Assembly (NCBI GenBank): GCA_040752415.1 | Contig: JBFMGU010000214.1 | Coordinates: forward strand, 1-17,829 | Direction of reading: 5' to 3' | DNA length: 17,829 nt | Source: Myxococcota bacterium | Lineage (GTDB): Bacteria > Myxococcota > JACRCW01 | Shown here: piece after piece, positions 1 to 6,996 of the stretch | Layout: the number at the start of each line of letters is the position of its first letter | How positions within the stretch are numbered: the first letter of the stretch is position 1 | Made by a program: the position numbers and the translations under genes | Notes under the pieces: model-generated | What the model was told of the DNA's origin: nothing | What the model saw: only the letters and a program-made list of their open reading frames with translations | Databases searched by the model: none

Positions 1-79
1 GGCCCCCAGCGCGCCCGCAGCTGCGTCATCCGCGGCGGCGGCGCCCGCGGGCCCGCCCGAGCTGGACTTCGGCATCTGA
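1..79 (+). CDS. 3' end of an upstream gene (partial): Ala/Pro-rich linker ending ...GPPELDFGI*
   Basis: Reading from position 2 gives APSAPAAASSAAAAPAGPPELDFGI then TGA at 77-79, with mostly G/C-ending codons. Too short to assign a family. Confidence 0.55.
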   Translation, partial: APSAPAAASSAAAAPAGPPELDFGI

Positions 80-100
80 GGGCCTCCGGCGGCGCCAGGC

Positions 101-129
101 TTGACGGGAACCCCACCTCAGGAGAGTCT
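101..129 (+). promoter_or_regulatory. Putative sigma70-type promoter for the small basic peptide
   Basis: TTGACG (101-106), 17-nt spacer, GAGTCT (124-129). Strong -35 and weak -10, about 50 nt upstream of the ATG at 182. Confidence 0.4.
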
Positions 130-181
130 GCGCGCCCCCAACCGGACCGCCGACGTGGCGGCCCACCGACGGAGCAACGAC

Positions 182-289
182 ATGGCCCGCAGCAAGAGCA
201 AGCACCACCGCCGGCGCCACCAGCGCAAGATGTCCCTCAAGCGTCGCGACAAGCGTCAGAAGGCCCAGAAGAAGGCGGCGAAGAAGTAG
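182..289 (+). CDS. 35-aa Lys/Arg-rich small protein (MARSKSKHHRRRHQRKMSLKRRDKRQKAQKKAAKK)
   Basis: GGAG Shine-Dalgarno at 171-174, ATG at 182, TAG at 287-289. All 10 Lys codons are AAG and nearly all codons end in G/C. The ORF-track start at 101 (TTG) is probably the -35 box rather than a start codon. Confidence 0.75.
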   Translation: MARSKSKHHRRRHQRKMSLKRRDKRQKAQKKAAKK

Positions 290-298
290 GTCGAGCGG

Positions 299-2377
299 TC
301 AGGCGGCGCGCCGGGCCTCCGAGGACTCGCCGCGCCGCCCAACGTTCTCCAATGCCGCCATCAGCCGCGCCTCCTCGCGCGCATCCAGCGGCGAACCCCC
401 GAACCGACACAACTCATACGCATCCCGCGCGGCGTTCCACGCCTGCAGCTCCTCGACGGAGAGCGGTCGCGGCGCGTGCGAGAGCCATTCCCGCACGGTG
501 AGCGTGCGCGGCGCCTTCCCCGCCACTCGTTCCGCGGTCTGCGCGAGCGCCGCGTACAGCCGGTGCCCTGGGTGACGACGGACGCGGGCCCTCCGCACCA
601 TGAGCCACAACAGCGCGGCCAGGAGCGCGGTGGCCACCACGACGCCGAGCACGGGTCGCGCGGTGTTGGAGAGGTTGCCCGACTCACCGACCTGGAAGTT
701 GCGCAACCGTGACAGCGTGTTGGCCACCGTCTGCGCGGCCTTGATCTGCTGCCCCAGGTCATAGTCCACGACGTACTGCTCCCACAGGCGCTGCAGCGTC
801 TCGGCGAGGTACGCGGCCAGCGTGAGGCCGGGTCGGAGGAGCGCGGCGGCGGGAGTGGCGTCGACACCGACCCAACCGCGGTCGGGCACGTAGATTTCCA
901 CCCAGGCGTGTGCGTCGCTCTGACGGAGCACCAGGTACCCGTCGGTGGGGTGGAGGGCGCCGCCCTGGTAACCGCCCACCATGCGCGCGGGCACGCCCAC
1001 GGCACGTGCCATCACCGCCAGCGCGGTGGCGAAGTACTCACAGTGCCCGGCCTGGGAGACGGTGAGGAAGTGCAGCAGCGGATTGGCGCCGAACGGCGCG
1101 CCCTGGTCCTCCAGCGTGTACTTGAACTTCTGCAGCTCGGCGGCAATCGCCACCACCTTGGCCACGGGGTCGGTCTGGGTGCCGGCCCACTGTCGCGCCA
1201 GCGCCAGGACCTCTCCGGGCACGCCCTCCGTCGAGAGGAAGTTCTCCGTCACGCTTTCCGGGTACTCCAGCCCCGCCCCCACCAGCTCACGCGTGGCCAG
1301 CGGCTCCAGGTCGGCTTCCACTTCATAGTGGACCACCTCGTCGGGGGCGGAGGGCAGCTGGAGGTCACCCATGCCGTCACGCGCGGGGACCGGTGGCGCC
1401 GCAAACACGCGCGGACCCGGCTCCACGACGACACGCCCCACGCTCCCCGCCGTGAACAGGTAGGGCACGTGCAGCGGCTCGAGGGAGACGCGGTAGCGCG
1501 TGCGGTCGCCGGTGGGTCGCGGCATCATGGCGGCTTCCGAGCCCAGCTCACCGGTGCGGAACTCCGAGCGGGACCAGCTGGCGCCGTCGTAGCGGTCAAA
1601 CGCCGCGCCGCGGAAGTACAGCCCGGTGTCCATCTCGTCACCGTTGGGGGCGCGGATGCGCATCACCACCGTGGTGTCCTGCGAGATGAGCCCGCCCGTC
1701 CCCAACGTCACCGACGTGGCAAAGCCGCTGGTCCGCCGCTGCAGCGCCATGCGCAACATGCCCAGGCCCACGCGCGGGAAGAGCACGAACAACGACAACG
1801 TGGCCAGGAGCACCACGATGGCGATGGCCGCCGTGGCGACGAAGAACCGCCCGCGCAACAACCCGCGCTCATGCCACAGCGGGGCCTGGCCCTTGCCCAG
1901 TCGCGCCTCGTGGTCGGACTGCGCGGCGCGCTTCAGCTCGCGGGTGGTCAGCGCCCACACGATGGCCACGGTGTACGCGAGGAAGCACGGTGCGTAGGCC
2001 CAGGAGACGTTGAGCGCGGCCGCGTCGAGGACGAGGAGGAGGCTCAGCGCGTAGAGCTGCAGGTCATGCGCGGGCGTGACGCGGTTCAGCAGGCGCACGC
2101 AGACCAGCATGCACAGCGCGTAACCGGCACCCAGCAGAATGGACGGAAGGCCTTCCCGCGCGGTGAAGAGCACACCGAACGCCACCGCCGACAACGCCAG
2201 CACACCACCGACGAGGGTGGGCAGCGTGACACGTCGCAACTGCATGACCCAGCCCGCCGGGACGAACAGCAGCGTGAGCCACGCGATCGGGTTCATCTGC
2301 TCCCCGGTGAGCACGGCGAGGAGCGCCGCGGTGGTGGCCACGGCCGTGGCGAGCTCATGTCCGCCGACGAGCGTCAT
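299..2377 (-). CDS. TgpA-like membrane-anchored transglutaminase-family protein (DUF3488/TgpA_N multi-TM N-terminus, transglutaminase-like core, C-terminal TM and tail)
   Basis: About 6-7 hydrophobic N-terminal segments, LFPR motif, YFRGAAFDRYDG, and Cys-His-Asp triad motifs GHCEYFATA, DAHAWVEIY, WVGVDATP. The ATG overlaps the DUF58 stop (ATGA). Confidence 0.9.
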   Translation of the reverse strand: MTLVGGHELATAVATTAALLAVLTGEQMNPIAWLTLLFVPAGWVMQLRRVTLPTLVGGVLALSAVAFGVLFTAREGLPSILLGAGYALCMLVCVRLLNRVTPAHDLQLYALSLLLVLDAAALNVSWAYAPCFLAYTVAIVWALTTRELKRAAQSDHEARLGKGQAPLWHERGLLRGRFFVATAAIAIVVLLATLSLFVLFPRVGLGMLRMALQRRTSGFATSVTLGTGGLISQDTTVVMRIRAPNGDEMDTGLYFRGAAFDRYDGASWSRSEFRTGELGSEAAMMPRPTGDRTRYRVSLEPLHVPYLFTAGSVGRVVVEPGPRVFAAPPVPARDGMGDLQLPSAPDEVVHYEVEADLEPLATRELVGAGLEYPESVTENFLSTEGVPGEVLALARQWAGTQTDPVAKVVAIAAELQKFKYTLEDQGAPFGANPLLHFLTVSQAGHCEYFATALAVMARAVGVPARMVGGYQGGALHPTDGYLVLRQSDAHAWVEIYVPDRGWVGVDATPAAALLRPGLTLAAYLAETLQRLWEQYVVDYDLGQQIKAAQTVANTLSRLRNFQVGESGNLSNTARPVLGVVVATALLAALLWLMVRRARVRRHPGHRLYAALAQTAERVAGKAPRTLTVREWLSHAPRPLSVEELQAWNAARDAYELCRFGGSPLDAREEARLMAALENVGRRGESSEARRAA

Positions 2378-3729
2378 GCCGCCCTCCGCACCGTCCGCGG
2401 CGCCTGACCACCCACGCGCACGTCGACACGCTTGAGCGGCGGCAGGCGACCGGGCCCTTCCACGAGGATGAACGCACCACGCTCCGACTCCGGCGCCGGC
2501 GGCGCGGGCTGCTCATGGATGCTCACGCGGGCCAGCGCGTCCAGGATCAGCTCGCGCGCCAACGCACCGGTCCGCGGCGGCAGAACCCGTGTACCCGCCA
2601 CCAGGCCCACCTCGTCGCCACGACGGAGCAGCTCCAGTGCAAGACCGGTGCACACGCTGACCGCGCGTTCGTACAGCGCAACCTCGGTCTCGCTGGGATG
2701 CTCGATGCCACCGGTCAGCACCAGCGTCATGGCGCGGCCCCGCGGCTCCTCGTCCTCACGCACCAGCAGGCGACCCATGCGCGCGCTGCGCTTCCACGCC
2801 ACCCGACGGAGATCGTCCCCGGTGCGGTGGTTGCGGAGCGAGTGATACTCGTCGCCACGACCGATGACGCCGCTGGGACGCTCACCAATCAGCGCGGTGA
2901 TACGACGCACCTCCCCCTGCACCGGCGCGGGCGCGGGGAAGACGAGGATCTCGCTGGGCTCGTCGCCTTCGGGGACCTCGTGCTTCCACTTGCGGAAGAA
3001 GCCGAAGGGATAGCTCGTGGCCACCTCGAAGCCCGCGAGTCGGTGCACGCCACGCGCGCCCAGCTCCAGCCGCACCACCGCGCGCTCCCGCCCCGACGGA
3101 AGCAGGCGCATGAAGAAGCGGCCAGGGACCTTGAGCGGAACGTCGCGCGGGCCGGCGCCGGGCTGGGCCACCAGCGGATTCACTTCCACGCTCATCGACG
3201 CCATGCGCGCCTTCTGGTTGAACACGTGGAACGCCAGCACGCCGGGCTGACCCGCAAAACGCTCACCGCCGGGCTCCATGCGCACGCGCACGTCGCGCAG
3301 CACGAACTCGCTGAGCACGCCGGAGACGGACACCAGTGCCAGCAGCAGGCCCAGCACGAGGTACAGGAAGTTGTTCCCCGTGTTCACCGCCGCCGCACCG
3401 ACGGCGAGCGTGATGCCGATGAGGATGCGTCCGTCGGTGGTGAGCTTGAGCCTGCGGTTGGGATCAAACCGCTCCGCCACGCGGTCCAGCGCCCCCAGGC
3501 GACCGCGCCAGCGACGTCGCGCGTAGCCGAGGAACAGGCCGGTGGCGACGAGCCAGAGGAAACCGTGCACGCCGGCCTGCGCGTTGAGTCGCGGAGGGAT
3601 GCCCCAGCGCCACAACATCGCCGACGAGATGACCATGCACAGGATGACACCGCTGGCGCGCAGGCCCTGCAGCAGGCGCGCGGTCCGCGTCTGGTCGCTT
3701 CCGTCCTCGATTCGGCGTCCCACCGACAC
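2374..3729 (-). CDS. DUF58 domain membrane protein (MoxR-associated)
   Basis: GTG start with GGAGG upstream. Motifs AAVNTGNNFLYL, TSYPFGFF, GDEYHSLRNHRTGDDLRRVAWKRSAR and LLVREDEE. Lies between moxR and a transglutaminase gene, the usual arrangement. Confidence 0.9.
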   Translation of the reverse strand: MSVGRRIEDGSDQTRTARLLQGLRASGVILCMVISSAMLWRWGIPPRLNAQAGVHGFLWLVATGLFLGYARRRWRGRLGALDRVAERFDPNRRLKLTTDGRILIGITLAVGAAAVNTGNNFLYLVLGLLLALVSVSGVLSEFVLRDVRVRMEPGGERFAGQPGVLAFHVFNQKARMASMSVEVNPLVAQPGAGPRDVPLKVPGRFFMRLLPSGRERAVVRLELGARGVHRLAGFEVATSYPFGFFRKWKHEVPEGDEPSEILVFPAPAPVQGEVRRITALIGERPSGVIGRGDEYHSLRNHRTGDDLRRVAWKRSARMGRLLVREDEEPRGRAMTLVLTGGIEHPSETEVALYERAVSVCTGLALELLRRGDEVGLVAGTRVLPPRTGALARELILDALARVSIHEQPAPPAPESERGAFILVEGPGRLPPLKRVDVRVGGQAPRTVRRAA

Positions 3730-3747
3730 GGCCGGCCACCTCCCCGC

Positions 3748-4716
3748 TCAGGCGGGCACTTCCTGCGTGTCCAGGATCTCCTGGATGGCGGCGCTGGCCG
3801 CGTCGCGGGCGTCACGACCCTCCAGCCCACCGCGCATCATGAGCCGGTGAGGCAAGGTCTTCTGCGCCAGCGACTTCACGTCGTCGGGAATCACGTAGTT
3901 GCGACCCGCCAGGAACGCCCGCGCCTTCACCACGCGCAGGTACAACGTGGCGCCGCGCGGCGAGCATCCCAGCATCACCGCCGGGTGCTCACGCGTCCGA
4001 CGACAGATGCCCAGCAGGTACTCCGCCACCGACGGGTCCACACGCACCGCGGACACCATCTCCTGCAGCACCACCACGCGCGCGGGGTCCAGCAGGTGGG
4101 CCAGCTTGTCGACGGTGGTGGCGCCCACGCCGCTCAAGAGCAGGTCACGTTCCGCGGCAAGATCCGGGTAGCCCATCTCCAGGCGCAGCGCGAAGCGGTC
4201 CAGCTGGCTCTCCGGCAACGGGTACGCGCCGTGGTGCTCCACCGGGTTCTGCGTGGCCATGACGATGAACGGCGCGGTGAGGTTGTGGCTCACGTCGTCG
4301 ACGGTGACCTGCCGGTCACTCATGGCCTCCAGCAGCGCGCTCTGCGTCTTGGGGCTGGCGCGGTTGATCTCGTCGGCGAGCACCAGGTGCGAGAAGATGG
4401 GGCCGGGACGGAAGCGCAGCGTCCCCTCGCGCGTGTCCAGGACCTGCACGCCAATGACGTCGGCGGGGAGCAGGTCGGAGGTGAACTGGATGCGCCGGAA
4501 CTGACACCCCAGCACGTGCGCCATGGCGCGACACAAGGTGGTCTTGCCCACGCCCGGCACGTCCTCCAGCAGCACGTGGCCGCCGGACAGGATGGCCGCC
4601 AGCACGTCCTCAAGGACGGAGCGTTTGCCCAGGATGGCGCGTTCACATTGCGCCAGGACTTCCTGGAGGACTTTGGGATTGACCAGGGGCTCAGGCTTGG
4701 GGGCGACGTCTCGCAT
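3748..4716 (-). CDS. moxR: MoxR-family AAA+ ATPase
   Basis: GHVLLEDVPGVGKT (Walker A), RIQFTSDLLPADVIG, LADEINRASPKTQSALLEAM (Walker B), ATQNPVE, YPLPESQLDRF, GCSPRG. Confidence 0.95.
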   Translation of the reverse strand: MRDVAPKPEPLVNPKVLQEVLAQCERAILGKRSVLEDVLAAILSGGHVLLEDVPGVGKTTLCRAMAHVLGCQFRRIQFTSDLLPADVIGVQVLDTREGTLRFRPGPIFSHLVLADEINRASPKTQSALLEAMSDRQVTVDDVSHNLTAPFIVMATQNPVEHHGAYPLPESQLDRFALRLEMGYPDLAAERDLLLSGVGATTVDKLAHLLDPARVVVLQEMVSAVRVDPSVAEYLLGICRRTREHPAVMLGCSPRGATLYLRVVKARAFLAGRNYVIPDDVKSLAQKTLPHRLMMRGGLEGRDARDAASAAIQEILDTQEVPA

Positions 4717-4727
4717 GGAGGACCCGC

Positions 4728-4757
4728 AGACTAATTTGCGTGTGTGAGGAGTGCCAA
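4728..4757 (-). promoter_or_regulatory. Putative sigma70-type promoter for the moxR operon
   Basis: Minus strand TTGGCA, 18 nt, TAGTCT, ending 11 nt before the moxR ATG. No SD is visible, so a very short leader is implied. Confidence 0.35.
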
Positions 4758-4862
4758 GAGGGTCCGGCGACCGTCGGGGCCCGCTCCGCTACCAGAGTGC
4801 CCCTCAGCGCGCAGGTGCCCCGTGGCTTGCGCCCCTGCCCTGACCTCAGGCATCCACCTCCC

Positions 4863-6416
4863 ATGCGACGTTTCCGCTTCCTGGCCCTGCCCCTGGCCCT
4901 GTGCGCCTGCCCTCCCTCGCCGTCCACGCCCGACGCTGGCAAGCCGTTTGTCGAGGGCACCTTCCCGGCGGGCTTCTGGTGGGGAAGCTCGGTGGCCGGG
5001 TTCCAGGTGGAGGCTGGCTGCCCCACGGTTGCGCCCGAGCAGTGCGAGGACCGCAACAGCGACTGGTACGCATTCGTGATGAGCCCGGAGATGCGGGCGG
5101 TGGAGGGCAACCACCTCGCAGGCCACGACGTGAGCATGGGGCCGGGCTTCTACGAGACGTACGCTGACGACGTGGCTCGAGCGAAGAACGAGCTGGGGTC
5201 CACCGCGTTCCGGTTTGGCCTGGAGTGGAGCCGCATCTTCCCGACGAGCACGCGCGGGATCTCCGGCTACGACGCGCTCAAGGCCGCGGCCAGCGCGGAT
5301 GGCCTGGCGTACTACCACCGCGTGCTGGACGCCGTGCGCGCGGCCGGGCTGCAGCCCCTGGTCACCATCAACCACTACACGCTCCCCACCTGGATCCACG
5401 ACGCCGTGGGCTGCAACCAGGACTTCGACAACTGCTCCCCGCGCGGCTGGCTGGAGCCCGGGTTCATCGACGAGCTGGCGAAGTTCAGTGGCTTCGTGGC
5501 GCAGGAGTACGGGAGCAAGGTGGACTTCTGGGCCACGCAGAACGAGCCGCTGGCGGTGGTGCTGGCGGGATACGTTTTCCCGTCGGAGACGCGCACCAAT
5601 CCGCCCGCGGTGAGCTTCCAGCTGCGCGAGGCGCGCGAGGTGATGGCCAACATGCAGGTTGCGCATGCGCGGCAGTACGACGCCGTGAAGGCCGCGGATT
5701 CCGTCGACGCGGATGGCGACGGGCGGATGAGCCAGGTGGGGATTGTGTACAACATGGCGCCCTCGGCGCCGAAGGACCCGAACAACCCTGGCGACGTGCA
5801 GGCCGCCGAGGACATCTACTACCTGTACAACACCGCGTTCCTGAATGGCGTCGTGAAGGGCGACTTCGACCCGGACCTCGACGGCGTGGCGGAGCACCGC
5901 GACGACATGGCCGGGCGCATGGATTACCTGGGCATCAACTACTACACGCGCGTGGTGGTGCAGGGCAGCAGCGACGGGCAGCCGGCGTTCCCCGAGCTCA
6001 GCCCGCTCACGGCGTTTGATCCCCTGCACGTGGAGCAAGGCGCGGACTACGCGCGCGGGATCTACGAGGTGGCCATGAAGGCCAAGGAGTACGGGATTCC
6101 GCTGTACATCACCGAGAACGGCAAGGCGGACCCGGATGATGACGGGTCGGGGACGCGGTTTCTCGTCGAGCATCTCACGTTGTTGGCGCGCGCCATTCGC
6201 GACGGAGCGGATGTGCGCGGGTACTTCTGGTGGACGCTCATGGACAACTACGAGTGGAACCACGGGATGGGGATCCGCATGGGCCTGTACGCCGTGGACC
6301 CGGCGGACCCGACGAAGACGCGTCGCGCGCGGAAGACCGTGGCGGAGTACCGCAAGATTGCAGCGGGGAACGCGGTGCCGACGGACCTGCTCCAGGCACA
6401 CCCGGTGGCGCAGTAG
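4863..6416 (+). CDS. Glycoside hydrolase family 1 beta-glycosidase, predicted lipoprotein
   Basis: FPAGFWWGSSVAGFQVE, FRFGLEWSRIFP, TINHYTLPTW, acid/base TQNEP, GINYYT, nucleophile ITENG, GYFWWTLMDNYEW. Start placed at ATG 4863 (MRRFRFLALPLALCAC: basic N-region, hydrophobic core, lipobox-like Cys) rather than at 4740. Confidence 0.92.
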   Translation: MRRFRFLALPLALCACPPSPSTPDAGKPFVEGTFPAGFWWGSSVAGFQVEAGCPTVAPEQCEDRNSDWYAFVMSPEMRAVEGNHLAGHDVSMGPGFYETYADDVARAKNELGSTAFRFGLEWSRIFPTSTRGISGYDALKAAASADGLAYYHRVLDAVRAAGLQPLVTINHYTLPTWIHDAVGCNQDFDNCSPRGWLEPGFIDELAKFSGFVAQEYGSKVDFWATQNEPLAVVLAGYVFPSETRTNPPAVSFQLREAREVMANMQVAHARQYDAVKAADSVDADGDGRMSQVGIVYNMAPSAPKDPNNPGDVQAAEDIYYLYNTAFLNGVVKGDFDPDLDGVAEHRDDMAGRMDYLGINYYTRVVVQGSSDGQPAFPELSPLTAFDPLHVEQGADYARGIYEVAMKAKEYGIPLYITENGKADPDDDGSGTRFLVEHLTLLARAIRDGADVRGYFWWTLMDNYEWNHGMGIRMGLYAVDPADPTKTRRARKTVAEYRKIAAGNAVPTDLLQAHPVAQ

Positions 6417-6434
6417 GTCACTTCCGTGACGTCG

Positions 6435-6956
6435 TCACTTGGGCGGCGTGGCGGGGGGCGGCTCGTTGTTGAGTGACGGCGTGGTGTTGCCGCGCCAGAG
6501 ACGGGCTTGCCAGATGCGCTGCGGGACTTCCTGCACCGGCATGGCGCCCGCGGTGCCCTTGGACTGGATGCGCTTGCCCAGCTCCTCGGCGAGGCCGAGC
6601 GCGGCGCGCTCCAGCCCCACCGCGGTCCCGTAACACTCCGCCACCACAATCGCCCGCAGTGCGCGCCCCACCCCGACGACGACGTGGTAACGCACCCGGC
6701 CGTTGCACACGTGGGGACGGTTGAGCCAGTCGCCCAGGGCCAGCTGCTCGCGGTGATCCACGACGTCAGGAGAGAGATTCCGCTCCACCATCAGCGCGTG
6801 CCACGTCACCAGGATCTGCGCCGGTGTGGCCGAGGGAGGTGCGTCCACCGCCGCCGCGGCGTACTGGTAGTTCGACGGGCCCGCGGGCATCTGCGCTTCC
6901 GCCGCCAACGCGCTCGTGGTCAATCCCATCAGGAGCACTGCAATACGGGTGTCCAT
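6435..6956 (-). CDS. Secreted hypothetical protein (173 aa), possibly BamC-like helix-grip fold
   Basis: Sec-type signal MDTRIAVLLMGLTTSALA|AE, fills the gap between GH1 and the vWA gene, Pro-rich tail. The fold guess is from sequence pattern only. Confidence 0.7.
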   Translation of the reverse strand: MDTRIAVLLMGLTTSALAAEAQMPAGPSNYQYAAAAVDAPPSATPAQILVTWHALMVERNLSPDVVDHREQLALGDWLNRPHVCNGRVRYHVVVGVGRALRAIVVAECYGTAVGLERAALGLAEELGKRIQSKGTAGAMPVQEVPQRIWQARLWRGNTTPSLNNEPPPATPPK

Positions 6957-6996
6957 GGCCCCATGGTGTCACCCACGCGGGCCCACCCTGGCAACG

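Noticed and set aside
116..180. Glycine-riboswitch-like words: GGAGAG (121-126), a GC hairpin (147-161) and CACCGACGGAGCAA (164-177)
   Set aside because: The required downstream CUCUCAGG half and P1 closure are absent (CTCAGG occurs only upstream), the GGAG doubles as the SD, and the downstream gene is not glycine-related. An Infernal search with Rfam RF00504 would settle it.
4740..4862. Longer N-terminus for GH1 given by the ORF track
   Set aside because: It would bury the signal peptide and overlap the divergent promoter region; ATG 4863 fits better.
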